Shown one piece after another: positions 1-13,049 of a stretch of DNA of 63,988 nt; the stretch's first letter is position 1; each line of letters opens with the position of its first letter. Below the pieces are notes generated by a model. That model had not been told where the DNA came from. It ran no database searches and saw only the letters and a program-made list of their open reading frames with translations. Origin of the DNA: Octopus vulgaris (taxonomy: Eukaryota); the NCBI GenBank assembly GCA_951406725.2, contig OX597816.1, forward strand, positions 57,350,001 through 57,413,988. The letters are read 5' to 3'. Made by a program: the position numbers and the translations under genes.

Positions 1-402
1 GCGCTAAGTGATAGGTAATATAAACTTAGTTCAATTTTTTAAAAAATCACTTTTCACTATGTACTCACCATCTCCACCTCCACCATCATCATTTCTCTCT
101 TTCTCTCCCTCCCTCTCTCTTTCTTTAATCTAACCATCAGAACATCACCCCTCTGCTAATATTATACTCCTAACTCCCTTCTGTTTTACTACCTTCAACT
201 AATTTTTTAACACGTAATAAATATTACGTCCCCCTTCTCTCCATCTTTTCTCTCTCCCTCTTTTTCTTTCCCTCTCTTTCTGCTTCACTCTTTGCCATAT
301 CCTCTTTTTCTCTCTCCCTCTTTCTCCCTTTTTTTCTCTAATCACGTGAAAGTGTTACCGACGGGCTAAGTAACGTAATGACAAGCAGAATTATTATAAG
401 AT
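1..402 (-). mobile_element. Possible 5' part of a non-autonomous Helitron-like repeat, truncated by the window edge
   Basis: Ends ...aattattataagat, which reads A|TCTTATAATAA on the minus strand and resembles the TC-start ends of the Helitrons at 33190 and 60078. The body is CT-rich. The 3' end is not visible. Confidence 0.25.
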
Positions 403-911
403 ATTTATTTAGTGTATCCCAGAACTACATTACTCAATGGGCCACTAGTCGTTTTATATTAATGTTTTTTTGAGGAAAGTTATTTGACTGCTTTGATACC
501 TGTACTCTGTAAGTCTTTAGCCACACACCCATCACATTTCAATGGTACTCTATTTCACTGTACTTCATTAATGTACATAGTTAGTTCATTATCCTCAATT
601 ATTACTAATTGACCCGATCCGTTTTTGTTTAACACCAAGTCAACCCTGAACCGACAGACCTATAATCAAAGACTTTCCAGATTATGAATATTCAATCTTT
701 TTATTCACATAAATACATCAAGAACTTCAATTTCTAGTGTCAACCGCCTTTTTTTTAATGTTAAAAGGTATGGTTTGAATTCGGGCAGATGTAGCTGCTA
801 TATCCAGCAAATCGTGCAACCACTTATAGGCTACGCCTCTTCATTTTTAACACGAGTCAGCGTCCGTGTGTATCAATGTGATTGCTATTTTTTAATTTAA
901 TTCTGCATCAA

Positions 912-1715
912 GCGCATGCGTGACTTGTTTGGTAAGAAGTTTGCATCCCAACGTCATCGTTCCGAGTATTCAGTCCTACTGCGTTGCACCATGAGCAAGT
1001 TTCGGCAAGACTTCCTTTTGTACCTCCCCCTCAAATAAAAATCCCTTAAAAAATTTATTTTTTTTACACAAACCCCTATTTTCGTCTAAGGAGAATACGA
1101 ATCTGCCAAAAAATGGGTAAAAATCGGCATTTTGAATTCCCCCCCCCCCCCCCACACACACGCACACACAATTTCTTCATTTTTTTTTTTTTACTTTTTT
1201 CAGATTTTTTTTCTTCAAAATATACGGAAAAATATGGAGATTATGATTCTGAAAAAAAATTTCAAAATTTTTTGTAGTTTTCAGGTTTGGGGAAAAAGTC
1301 AAAAATGAAGAAATTAGGTGGGGAAGCTGATTTTTGACAATTTTCAGGAATCTTCGTATCCGAAAACGGGAAGTTTTTGGCAAAAAAAAAGGTGGGGAGA
1401 GTGGGGGAGGGGAGGAAGTCTTTCCCAAGTTTCTTCTACTATAGCCTTTTGAGTGGATTTGGTTGACGGAAACTGAAAAGAAGCCCGTCGAGATTGTGTG
1501 TGTGTGTGTGTATATATATGTGTGTGTGTGTTATTGGTGTGTTTACGTCCTCGTAACTTTCGGCAGAAGTCACCGATAGAATAAGGACCAGGTTTTACAA
1601 AAAAAAAAATGAATAAATAAATAAATAAAAGTATTAGGATCGGTTCGTTTGCTTAAAATTCATCAGGGCGATGCCCCAGCATGGCCGCAGTCTAACGACT
1701 GAAACAAGTAGAAAA
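912..1715 (+). mobile_element. SINE family A (octopus-type tRNA-derived SINE with internal microsatellite), interrupted by a TIR element
   Basis: Degenerate head gcgcatgcgtgacttgtttggtaagaagtttgc, body ttctactatagcc...gacggaaactgaaaagaagcccgtcg, (TG)n, tail ccagcatggccgcagtc...gactgaaacaagta. Matches about 18 other copies in the window. Confidence 0.85.
1004..1425. mobile_element. Non-autonomous TIR DNA element (GG termini, 8-bp TSD; Merlin- or Mutator-like)
   Basis: Termini ggcaagacttcc ... ggaagtctttcc (12-bp IR, 1 mismatch). Direct repeat caagtttc at 996-1003 and 1426-1433. Splits a family A SINE. Confidence 0.75.
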
Positions 1716-2296
1716 ATATATAAGATTACGATTATATAACAACACTAGCGATGTGGACAGACATCTCTATTGTATTAAAACAGGGACACTTTAACATTTA
1801 TCAACTACACACTTGATGAGGGGGTGTATGCGTTGCGAGCTCTGACATTGGAGACGAATCTAATAATACTTCTACTACAGCTGTATTCCTCAATACTTTT
1901 GCTCTGGTTTCGGTGTGAAGTCATCACCTTCTTTTCATTCTCCTCCTCCTCTCTCTCTCTCTCTTTTTCCGCCTCCTCTTTCTCCCCTAGCAACCACCTC
2001 GCAGTCAGCTGGCAGCAACGTTTGGAGAACGAACAAAAAAAAGAAAAAAAGAAAGAAAAAAAAAACCTACGTTGGGCTGTTTTCGGTCTGGTTTGGTTGG
2101 AACCACCTGTGGATCACATGCTTCTACTTCTCATCTCGTCAGTGAAACTTAAGTGGGACATATTTAGAGGCGCATATACAACCATTTGTAAATATGGCGT
2201 ACGTATATATATATATGTATATATATATATATACACACGCGCACAGATGTGTGCGTAATGTACACACCAACATCAGACATATATATATATACTATT

Positions 2297-2506
2297 TATT
2301 CTTTTACTTGTTTCAGTCATTTGACTGCGGCCGTGCTGGAGCACCGCCTTTAGTCGAGCAACTCGACCCCGGGACTTATTCTTTTGTAAGCCCAGTACTT
2401 ATTCTATCGGTCTCTTTTGCCGAACCGCTAGGTGACGGGGACATAAACACACTAACATCGGTTGTCAAGCAATGCTAGGGGGACAAACAAACAAACAAAC
2501 ATACGC

Positions 2507-2545
<39 letters not shown>

Positions 2546-2693
2546 TATGACGGGCTTCTTTCAGTTTCCGTCTACCAAATCCACTCACAAGGCTATAGTG
2601 GTAAACACTTGCCCAAGGTGCCACGCAGTAGGGCTGAACTAGGAACCATGTGGTTGGTAGGCAAGCTACTTACCACACAGCCACTCCTGCGCC
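2297..2693 (-). mobile_element. SINE family A, near full length
   Basis: Reverse complement of the family consensus from cttttacttgtttcagtcatttgactgcggcc to ccacacagccactcctgcgcc, with internal (TA)n. Confidence 0.9.
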
Positions 2694-3074
2694 TGGTATA
2701 TATATATATATAATGTCTGCGTGTATGACATGATGTGATATGACAGTCTGACAGTTACACAAATTTGTATATTTCTGTATTCGTTTAAGTAAACGGGTAT
2801 TCTTTCGTTTTGACTCGAATGCTATAAACATACTACTCGGTAATTTCCATGAGCACTTTTTGTCTTGTCAACTTTCAGCTGCATGGACAGAGAAGGCTAA
2901 TGGGTTGTACGTGTGTGTGTGAGAGAGAGAGACAGAGAGAGAGAGAGAGAAAGTCTCTGTGCATGATAATGTTATAATCGTATAATGTGCAATGTGATAA
3001 TGTGCAAATCGTATATGAGCGTTTTCCATAACGTGTCTGTTTAGTGAGCGCACACACACACCCAGTCATATATA

Positions 3075-3233
3075 CCCGTCTTCCCTTCTCTGGATCTTTC
3101 CTTTTCCTATGTTTCTGACAAAGAGCTCCGCTCGAAACGTTAAACCCTCCTTCTTCCCTTCCTTCTTGAGCGTCCAATAATACTATATTTGTTTCACGTC
3201 CTCGCGTTTTCTCTTTGTGTTTTCATGCTTTGG

Positions 3234-3240
<7 letters not shown>
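3075..3240 (+). mobile_element. Penelope-like pseudo-LTR fragment carrying a decayed hammerhead motif (3111-3145)
   Basis: gttt-CTGACAA-a-gagc-tcc-gctc-GAA-acgt-t-aaac. Abuts (TA)n. Downstream sequence resembles 40392-40480. Confidence 0.55.
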
Positions 3241-3277
<37 letters not shown>

Positions 3278-3333
3278 TATATATTCACAGTAAATAAACA
3301 ACGACAGATAAAAAATAAACATGTGCGTATACA

Positions 3334-3515
3334 ACCTATTTCTTTATTACCCACAAGGGGCTAAACACAAGGGGCTAAACTGCTACTTAATTTATCGACC
3401 CTTAAAGGATGAAAGGCAAAGTCGACCTCGGCAGAATTTGAACTCACAACGTAACGACAGACGAAATACCGCTAAGCATTTCGCCCGGCGTGCTAACGTT
3501 TCTGCCAGCTCGCCG
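3334..3515 (-). mobile_element. SINE family B
   Basis: Reverse complement of ggcgagctggcagaaacgttagcacgccgggcgaaatgcttagcggtatttcgtc...gagttcaaattc (B-box-like)...aataaagaaataggt. Confidence 0.85.
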
Positions 3516-3790
3516 TATACAACCGGACAAGTGACAGGCACCGAGGGTCCCTACTTCTTCATCAGTTATCAACCGAATGGTAATACTCAGTTTTGCACCA
3601 TTAATGATGTGTGTACCACACATACACACACGCACACACACACATATATATATAATGAGAGAGGGAGAGAGAGAAATACTGCGTTTATGGTGTACTTGAT
3701 CTTGGATCGCTCTCCTATCACAACTGCTATTAAACACTCTCTCTCTCACTCACTCGCCCACTCATATTACTGCAGCGCATATTATTACTA

Positions 3791-4155
3791 AGGCGGCGAG
3801 CAGGCAGAAACGTTAGCACGCCCGGCGAAATGCATAGCCGTATTTCGTCTGCCCTTACGTTCTGAGTTCAAATTCTGCCGAGGTCGACTTTGCCTTTCAT
3901 CCGTTCGGGGGTTCGATTAAATAAGTACCAGTTACGCACTGGGGTCGATATAATTGACTTGATCCGTTTGTCTGTCCTTGTTTGTCCCCTCTGTGTTTAG
4001 CCCCTCTGTGTGGGTAGTAAAGAAATAGGTATTTCGTCTGCCGCTACGTTCTGAGTTCAAATTCCGCCGGGGTCGATTAAACAAGTACCAGTTATGCACT
4101 GGGGTCGACTTACTCCCTCCCCGCAAATTTCCGGCCTTGTACCTATAATAGAAAG

Positions 4156-4160
<5 letters not shown>
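3791..4160 (+). mobile_element. SINE family B with a tandem partial repeat of its 3' part
   Basis: aggcggcgagcaggcagaaacgttagcacg... full copy. The tail aaagaaataggt runs directly into the internal sequence atttcgtctgcc at about 4030. Confidence 0.85.
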
Positions 4161-4186
<26 letters not shown>

Positions 4187-4226
4187 ACCTATGACCTCAT
4201 TCGTCTTTATTCACACATCTACCACA

Positions 4227-4227
<1 letters not shown>

Positions 4228-4308
<81 letters not shown>

Positions 4309-4427
4309 ACATACATACATACATACACACACACATACATACATACATACATACATACATACATACATACATACATACATACATACATACATACATACAT
4401 ACATACATACATACATACATACATACA
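4228..4427. repeat. Compound microsatellite (CA)n-(CATA)n
   Basis: Directly visible. Source of the spurious His/Thr and Cys/Val ORFs. Confidence 0.97.
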
Positions 4428-4578
4428 TGGGCTTCTTTCAGTTTCCGCCAACCAAATCCAAGGCTTTGGTCAGTTCAAGGCTATGGTAGATGACGCCCAA
4501 GGTGCTGCAATGTGAAACTGAACCCGTAACTATGTGGTTGGGATGTGAACTGCTTACCACACAACTTCGCCCGCGCCT
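4427..4578 (-). mobile_element. SINE family A, 5' half
   Basis: gggcttctttcagtttccgcc...tgtggttgggatgtgaactgcttaccacacaac. Confidence 0.75.
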
Positions 4579-5309
4579 ACATACCTCTTGTGTATAATAT
4601 ATACATTTGTGTGTGTGTGTGTGAATTAGTCACTATAAACCCAATATTGTTCTACATGTTATCTGAGGTAATTGGAGAAGCAGTTTATTGTAGAGAATTC
4701 CCTGGAGTGTCTTTTGAAAACTCTTGTAGTCTACCCCCCACTGTGCCGGCCGGGAGTATTACCCGATTCAAGCTACCTCTATCAGACCCCACCGCCCTTA
4801 TTGAACCTATACGATTACATAGTATGACTAGACTGCCGTTGTAGTGCTACTTCTGTTTACTACTACTACTACTACTATTACGACACACACACACACACAC
4901 TTATAGGCTTACATGAGACATACATGCGCACACAAACGTATACGGGTTTACAGGGAGGTTCACACATTAACATATCGATACATATACTCGCACCTTTTTT
5001 TGTTCATCTTCCTTTGAATCCTAAGAAGGTCTTGTGGATTTTTGCAGACCCTAATATCGCGATCATTTGTGGTGCATTAATTAAGGAGCTGCATTCTCCC
5101 CCCCCCCCCCCTCAAGACCTCAAGTTCAGCCTGACGGGTTGGTGTGTATCCTATTGCTCTAATAACAGATATGAAGCTGAAAGTATATCTTGGGAACTTG
5201 ATTTGCAAATTCCTTATCAATGGTCCATAGACGTCGCCTTTCTCGTTTCTTATCACAGCATTGGTGGTATGCATGTATGTGTATCGCTTTGTTCGTTATC
5301 ATAAGGCCA

Positions 5310-5515
5310 GGGGAAAAGAATGTTGCGAAATGCCGATTACAGCCGTGGAAATATGGGATGCGATGACGAGTTGCACGGGGTGCAAATCGCCTGATTTGGA
5401 CAGTCTGCTCTCTAAGCTTTACTTCTATATGCCAGACTTGTTTTGCGGCTTTTTGGCAGATATCTACTACAAGTAGCAGCAAAACGGGAGAATTCCCAAT
5501 TCTGTGAGTCGAGTA
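5310..5515 (+). mobile_element. Decayed L1/Tx1-clade LINE ORF2 fragment (region just before the RT core)
   Basis: Translates GKECCEMPITAVEIWDAMTSCTGCKSPDLDSLLSKLYFYMPDLFCGFLADIYYK*QQNGRIPNSVSR, matching the L1/Tx1 pattern 'pit..Ei..a....KSPG.DG....y...........G.iP.S'. In-frame stop present. Confidence 0.7.
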
Positions 5516-5818
5516 GCGGTGGCACATAGTTCGATCCCGTAGGGCGGTATGTGGGAAAACTCAAATCTCATTGTGAGTGAAATTGGGTAGAGTAACTATG
5601 GAAACCCGTCTGAAGTTCGAAGGTCCCTACAATATCACTGTGTCTTGATCCGTCTTGCCTGAATATATTTTCTTAAAAGTTCACCTGTTCGTGGAATACA
5701 TGGCGTATTCAGAGAAGGATCCGATCGAAGGATCGATAATACAATCCATACAACGATCAGTTGATCGAACACTTTCAATGCACATCATCGAAACTAATCG
5801 AGGATCTATTTATGTTTT

Positions 5819-5851
<33 letters not shown>

Positions 5852-5962
5852 TGCCTGTTTATTTCTCTGTTGAAGGTTGCAGTATTGCGGTAATTTATCC
5901 AAAACAGTAGTTCCCAACCCATTTATTTAAATGCTTATCCTTATATATATATATATATATAT

Positions 5963-6354
5963 ACTCTTACTCTTTTACTTGTTTCAGTCATTTGACTGCG
6001 GCCATGCTGGAGCACCGCCTTTAGTCGATCAAATCGACTCCAGGATTTATTCTTTGTAAGCCTAGTACTTATTCTATCGGTCTCTTTTGCCGAACCGCTA
6101 AGTTACGGGGAAGCAAACACACCAGCATCGGTTGTTGGGGGGACAAACACAGACACACAAACACACATACATATATATATACATATATACGACGGACTTC
6201 TTTCAGTTTCCGTCTACCAAACCCACTCACAAGGCTTTGGTCAGCCCGAGGCTATAGTAGAAGACACTGACCCAAGGTACCACGCAGTGGGGGACTGAAC
6301 CCGAAACCATGTGGTTGGTAAGCCAGCTACTTACCACACAGCCACTCCTGCGCC
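5963..6354 (-). mobile_element. SINE family A, full length
   Basis: Complete reverse-complement copy ending ccacacagccactcctgcgcc. Confidence 0.9.
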
Positions 6355-6371
6355 TATTCATGTATATATAA

Positions 6372-6945
6372 CCCAAGCTCATCAAAAAGAAGACTATAGT
6401 GACTGTTTGGTGGTGTGCTGGTAGATTCATCCACTATAACTTCTTAAAACTCGGAAAAACCATTAATGCAGGAACACATTGCCATGAAATTGCCAAAATG
6501 AACGAAAAACTGCTACTCTTCCGTCCCAGACTGGTCAACAGAAGAGGGCCAATCATTCTTCATGACAATACTCGACCACAAGTTTTACTAATGACGCTCC
6601 AGAAGTTGAGGGAATTTGGCTACGAAGTTCTTCCCCACCCAGCTTTCTCCGCAGACTTTTCTCCTAACGCCTACCACTTTTCCAAGTACCTTGATGGTTT
6701 CCTGTGAGGGAAGGAGTTCAAAAAATCAAACCAATTATGAAAGTGCACTCAAAGAGTTCGTTCAGCTCCAGAAGACCAGATTTTTACGTTACCGGAATAA
6801 ACAAACTTGTAATTCGTTGGCAAAAATGCCTTGATTGTAATGGTACTTACGAGTACTTCGATGAATACAATTTCCGAATTGTTGAAATATATTGTGTTGA
6901 ATTTCATGTTTCAAAACGTTGCTTGCATTTTACTCAGCCTGCTAC
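6372..6945 (+). mobile_element. Mariner (DD34D) transposase pseudogene, C-terminal half with degenerate 3' TIR
   Basis: VTVWW...IHYNFLK.GKTINA...RPRLVNRRGPIILHDNTRPQ...TLQKLREFGYEVLPHPAFSADFSPNAYHF (decayed HPPYSPDLAPSDYHLF), then after a stop and frameshift FYVTGINKLVIRWQKCLDCNGTY. Confidence 0.92.
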
Positions 6946-7407
6946 TTCTGTTTTCTTTCCTGTTTATGGCTCTTTTACTGTTCGCTTTTCTGTCTTTTTG
7001 TATTTTATTCTGTGAATCGAGTATTATCATAATAGCTGTATATTGGCCTGCAATGCTGTTGTAGCAGCATTGCAGACCCCACTCTACCTCAAGGAAGACT
7101 GTCTGTAATATTTATTTATTGACAGCAAGTTGTTGCATGCATAGATTAACATTGTGACCACCTCCTAAGACAGTGCTGATGGAGGGGAGCATGTGATACC
7201 AACCATGTTATCGTTAAACGTATATTTGTGAAAATTTTTCCAACATAATTCTTTACCAGAAGACAATGGATAATTAACTTTAATATTTTAATTATTTTTA
7301 CAGCGAAACATTTATCTGTTATCACCACCACCACCACCATCATCATGTATGTATATGTGTGTGTGTGTGTATAATGAGAAGGTGTGTGTGCATATATGTA
7401 TGTATTT

Positions 7408-7439
<32 letters not shown>

Positions 7440-8369
7440 ACGTATATGCGCGTGTATGTATCATACATACATAGTCTAACTTCGTTGTAATGAACTGTCC
7501 TTCTTTCGCCATTCAACCACTAATATAATCCACAAAACCATTCTCTTTCACGAGGTTCCCACAAACCTTAACGCCTGACACAATAGTTACAAGATTAAAA
7601 TTATCGCGAAAAGATAATCGTTTCTTTTTTTTCTTTTGTTTTTTTTTTGTATTTATTTTCTTGAAAGCTATTGTGTCTGCTCAGGATTCTTGAAAAGCAT
7701 TTAAAAAATAAAATAAATACGTATTTCATGGGTGGATGCTCGCAGAACAACAGCGGGAATCCAAACAATGATGTAGATATTCATTCTTAAAACGTTCTAG
7801 CAAATTCGAACGTGAATATACTGATCGCTGTTGTTTTTCCTCTTCGGAGAGCACTTCCTCCCTTTATTCCAGTGACTCTCAACCTTTGGTTCTTATTTTA
7901 TTCTACTGAACCTCCGTAATTATTCGATGAATATAAAAATCCTGTGGTATTTTTAAAATTTGATATTGTTAGGAATTGTATAAAAAAAAAACTAAAATCT
8001 TTTGTCTATTGTAAAAGTATAAACAATTCATTGCAGATAAATTTTAATTACAGAATCTTATGTTGACTCCTGGGGGCCAGATGGAACCCGATTCAGAACA
8101 ACTGTTTTAGAGGATATTTGTTCATAACATGACTCACCGGTGTAAGGGGGCTTTTGAGATGACATAATGTTTCGACCTTGTGTATCTCATCAAGTAAAAG
8201 CCATCTTGGAATGATGAATTTAATAAAAGCTTGTTTATACAAATCAGCTGACAAATATTTTAGACACCGCGGTATTTTGACCATATTATGTGTCTCACCA
8301 ATTAAGGCTATTCCATCGAACTGATGAATCGGACAAGAGCACGAGTTCATGTTTATAGAAATCAGTCAA

Positions 8370-8672
8370 CGAATGCGAAATGGCAGCAACATCTGACAAA
8401 TGAATGTCTTTATGGAAGCCTGCCGGAAGTTAGCGAAAAGATCAAGCAAAGATGGTTACGTCTGTCTGGTCTCTGGAAGCATTCAAATTAGTTCTCGTCA
8501 AGCCCATTTCTTGGTGACGTAAGAAGAAAACGTCGTCATAGTTACATCGACAAATTGATTGTAAACACCAACATGGGCTGTATGTATCCAGGATCTCGAG
8601 GTTGTGATGATGAACCAAGAAGTGTGGCGGGTGAACTTTGTTACTGCGGCCCTGATTGGAACCCGGCCATAA
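8370..8672 (+). mobile_element. Decayed RTE-group LINE 3' fragment
   Basis: Translates KWQQHLTNECLYGSLPEVSEKIKQRWLRLSG..., later YIDKL and DLEVVMMNQEVWR, which is the C-terminal pattern of RTE-type ORFs. Frameshifted. Confidence 0.65.
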
Positions 8673-9005
8673 AAATAATAGACGAATTATTTTCTAATGC
8701 ATACTAATATCTGCCAGACTGATCATTTACGGAGTGCACACACTGACAGGCCGAACAATAGGGTATCTGTTACAGAAACCTTTATTTTAAATTTTACTCA
8801 AAAGCTATTTCTTTGTACGTGTTGGTAAATCGTTTAGCTTTTCTTCAAATCTTGGCTTTTCTTGGTCCAATACCAGGATTATTGTAAAGACTGACTTAAA
8901 TAAAACTTAGATCATATCAACACGGTACCAGATAATCGATTAGATATCAATAGTAAAATGTAGCAGCAACACGTGGTCGATTTAGAATTGACGAAGTTGT
9001 GGTAA

Positions 9006-9045
<40 letters not shown>

Positions 9046-9992
9046 AGATGACCAACTTAGTTACCAGGGACCTTATCTTCTCATTGAATTTTCTACATAG
9101 CGACAACGTTGACCAACATAGCAACGACAAGCTTGAATTAAATGAGATACGTCACATTAGGGTGTGAGGTAGCGAGGGAGGGAAGAGAGAAACCTGTTTA
9201 GACGAAAATCCACATTGTAGCGTTTATCAACGATGAAGTGTGGCCGTTGCTGACAGTAACTCACCTGTCTGCTTTGCTAAATAGATATTTGATTAACACT
9301 GTCATTGCTTTGAATACAGGTGACAAGGACGGACGGTGCGGTGGGCAGTGATACGAGTTGAGTCTAGATAAATAAACTTGGAAAGGTATTTATTTGAGAG
9401 ATCAAAAGAAACAAAGTTAGAGAGAGAGTGTGTGAGAGAGAGAGGGAGGGGGGTAGAGAAATGGGTCTTTTCGTTTTGTTTTAAGGAAATCTTTCAAAGG
9501 GTTTGCTGTCCATCTCTTTAGTTCATTTCCTATAGAATCGGGCTGTTAATGTTTCAATGAAAAATATCATTCCTCAACCCCCTTTTTTTAGGTCCTTTTG
9601 TAACTGCCTTGGCCCACCTAGCAAGTAGGGAGCGGGGCGAGTTCTATTTTGTTGTGGCAAAAAGGTTACTTACAAGTCTTGAAATAGCAAAACCCATTTC
9701 GAGTGACATTAACCCGCCTTTAGTTTGTCCTCTGGCTCTGTCTGTACCGTAACTATAATGTCAAGAACGTTTCAATCAGTAAAACACACAAATGTCCTAA
9801 CACTTCGGCTAAACATTTACACCAATCAACTCCAACAACAAAAATGTGATGTCAGCGCCACCTACTGTCTTTTCATTCTCATATTATTTGTTTATTGACT
9901 GAACACACCAACACTATACAACTTTCGCTCTGGGATCCAGTTCACCTGTCGCTTCATCACACACACATGCACACACCCATTTGATAAAGCGT

Positions 9993-10385
9993 GGGGCAGG
10001 CGTGGCTGTGTGGTATAAGAAGTTTGCTTCCCAACCACATGGTTCAGGGTTCATTCCCATTGTCTGGCACCTTGGACAAATAATTTTTTCTTCTAAAGCG
10101 TCGGGCAGACCAAAGCCATGCAAGTGGATTTGGTAGATGGAAACTGAAAGAAACCCATCGTGTCTGTAAATGTGTGTGTGTGTTTTGGTCCACCACAACT
10201 ACTTGACAACCGGTGCTGGTGTGGTTACGTCCTCGTAACATTAGCCGCTCAACAAAAACAAGCGATAGAATAAGTACCAAGCTGAAGAAATAAAAATGCT
10301 GGGGTCGATTCATTGGACTAAAAATACTTCAAGGCGGTGCCCTAGTATGGTCACAGTCTAATGAATGAAACAAGTAAAAGATAGA
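9993..10385 (+). mobile_element. SINE family A, diverged full length
   Basis: gcaggcgtggctgtgtggtataagaagtttgcttcccaaccacatggttc...gaaacaagtaaaaga. Confidence 0.88.
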
Positions 10386-10477
10386 GGATATACACATGCG
10401 TATTTGATTAACACCCACAAATAGAAACAGAAACCTGCACATACATAAATATATACACACAGATTAGGAAGGAAGGA

Positions 10478-10851
10478 AGCACTCCGTCGGTTACGACGAC
10501 GAGGGTTCCGGTTGATCCGATCAACGGAACAGCCTGCTCGTGAAATTACTTGTGGCTGAGCACTCCACAGACACGTGTACCCTTAACGTAGTTCTCGGGG
10601 ATATTCAGCGTGACACAGAGAGTGACAAGGCCGGCCCTTTGAAATACAGGTACAACAGAAACAGGAAGTAAGAGTGAGAGAAAGTTATGGTGAAAGAGTA
10701 CAGCAGGGATCACCACCATCCCTGTCGGAGCCTCGTGGAGCTTTAGGTGTTTTCGCTCAATAAACACTCACAACGCCCGGTCTGGGAATCGAAACCGCGA
10801 TCCTATGACCGCGAATCCGCTGCCCTAACCACTGGGCCATTGCGCCTCCAC
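10478..10851 (-). mobile_element. SINE family C (tRNA-like head), full length
   Basis: Reverse complement of gtggaggcgcaatggcccagtggttagggcagcgg...ggtttcgattcccagacc (A- and B-box-like) through cgtcgtaaccgacggagtgc. Confidence 0.88.
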
Positions 10852-10894
10852 TCACACAGATTAAACACGCATATATATACATATATACAGAGAC

Positions 10895-11073
10895 GTATCC
10901 GGGTTAAAAAAAGTCAGTTAAAAAAAAGTCACGGTAATAAAGTCACATGAGTTTTGTCCGGGGTGGAGTTGTCCTTGGGGGATTTTGTCCGGATCCCATA
11001 AATTGTGACATTTTTCCTCTGAATTTTTGTTTCCTAGCCAAAATTGTGACTTTATTACTTTTTTCCGGTCACC
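10895..11073. mobile_element. Small TIR element with subterminal aaagtcac repeats (Mutator- or foldback-like)
   Basis: Direct repeat acagagac at 10887-10894 and 11074-11081. Left end has tandem aaaaagtca(c), right end has inverted tgtgactttatt/tttttccggtcacc. Confidence 0.55.
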
Positions 11074-11534
11074 ACAGAGACAAACATACTCATATAAACA
11101 CACATTCGCGCATAAAGTTCTTGAAAACGGTTTGTACAAATCTTATGGTAAAATGTCTGTTCGAAATGAAAGGAAAGGTGAGTTCTTGGGTTTCAGAAAG
11201 GGAGGAACTTTCTTCAAAGAGTCGCCCTATTTAAACCGTCTGAATTCACTTCTCATAACACAATCTTATCTTATCTTCGCCATTTGTATCAGAAAACCTT
11301 GAAACAATTTTCTTTCATTGTTTCTCAGCTACTTTCAGTGGAGAGTGAGCGCTATCTCTGGCAGTTTAGAATATAACGGGCGGGCGTACATGCATACGTA
11401 CGTACGTACATACACACACATACACACACATACACACACACACACACATACACACACACATACATACATACATACATACATACATACATACATACATACA
11501 TACATACGTGTTTGTCTGTGTGCTTGTGTGTGTG

Positions 11535-11830
11535 AAGACGCGTGGCCTAGTGTTTAAGGTGCTGCCTTTATGATGTGGCAATCGCTAGTTCGATTCCCAG
11601 ACCGGGCGGCTCGTTGTGTTCTGAGCAAAACCCTTCATTTCCCGTTGCTCCAGTCCACTCAGCTGTAAATAGGCCACCCTCCAACGGAATAATAGCCTTC
11701 CGATCAGGGGGAATGTTGCCCTGCTCACTTAGCCAGTGGTTTGGCATCATTCAATAGCTAAAGGGACGCGAAGTGCATTGTAACTAGCGATGTCTACAAA
11801 CTTCCGATAGCCTGGTCGATCACGTGACAT
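11535..11830 (+). mobile_element. SINE, family C-related head with a different tail
   Basis: gcgtggcctagtg...agttcgattcccagaccggg...ttgctccagtccactcagctg. Confidence 0.7.
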
Positions 11831-11959
11831 ATAAAATAGCGCAAAACAAATTTTATAAACAAATTTGGCTCTACTTTCAGTATTGGGTCTTCTTCGAATA
11901 AATGTTCTGTTAGTAAATTATTTATTGGGTGTTATGTGCATCTGTGTTGGTATATATTC

Positions 11960-12338
11960 TTCTATCCTTTTATGTGTTTCAGTTATTTAACTGCGGCCAT
12001 GCTATAGCACCGCTTTTAGTCGAACAACTTGACCCAGGTCTTATTTTTTCTATGCCTAATACTTATTCTATCGGTCTCTTTAGCCGAACAGCTACGTTAC
12101 GGGGACGTAAACACACCAACATCGGTTGTCAAGCAATGGTGGAGGGGTACAAATACAGACACAAATACATGCATATGTGTGTGTGTGTGTGTGTGTATCT
12201 GACAGGCTTCTTTCAGTTTCCGTCTACTAAATCTCACAAGGCTTTGGTCGGGCCGAGGCTATAGTAGAAGACACTTGCCCATGGTGCCACGCAGTGGTTT
12301 ATAAGCAAGCTACTTATCACACAGCCACGCCTGCGCCT
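11960..12338 (-). mobile_element. SINE family A
   Basis: Reverse-complement consensus ending cacacagccacgcctgcgcc, with a small internal deletion. Confidence 0.85.
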
Positions 12339-13049
12339 ATGTATATGTGTGTTTAGGTCACTGTATGTGTTGGTGTGTGTGACGATTCGGGTGCGTTAGG
12401 TGAACATATCTAATCGGAACTAGTCCGTCCGCCAAAGCTGACAATTCCTAATGCGCCAGCGGCGTGGAACTGACTCTCACAAGGACATTCATCTGAGGAA
12501 GTCTAAATATGTTATCATTCCTCATTAACCTTCTGTCAGTTGCTTTTTCCTACTGTTTATATTATTTAATTCTCCTGGTTTCTCGTGAATCTTATTTTTT
12601 CTTGACTCTCTTTTATTTGTCAAATGGGAAATTTTCCGTATGTTTATAAAAACTAGGAAATTTCACTTTATACATTAATTACCGTTTGGGTCCATTGGAC
12701 CCTCGAATTAAATTCAGACAATACTCTTGACATTCATAACAGAATAAAAGCAGTATCAAATATTATTTTCCGAGATATTTATCAGATATAAAATAGATAA
12801 AATTGTATTCAATTTATTTGCTGAATTTTAGATAAAACAGGAAAAATTATGAAAATATTCCTGTAAATTTGTGTGGTATTGCATCACCTTCAATCTGCTA
12901 GGTTATAGGTTGATGCAATATTTCTATGTGATGACGCAATTCTTACAATATATTGCATCATCTTTCAGGAGTGTACAAATATGTGACAGAGCAATATCTG
13001 CCTTTAGTCTGCTATCAAGTTTCATGTACTTCAGTTGTGTTTTCCAATA

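Noticed and set aside
1824-2258. 144-aa ORF with a hydrophobic start as the missing signal-peptide exon
   Set aside because: Non-ATG start, made of CT, poly-A and TA low-complexity sequence, and no convincing phase-1 donor.
10770-10851. tRNA-like sequences at SINE C and SINE A heads
   Set aside because: A/B-box-like motifs continue directly into SINE bodies in many diverged copies, and no clean cloverleaf is evident. Not called as tRNA genes.
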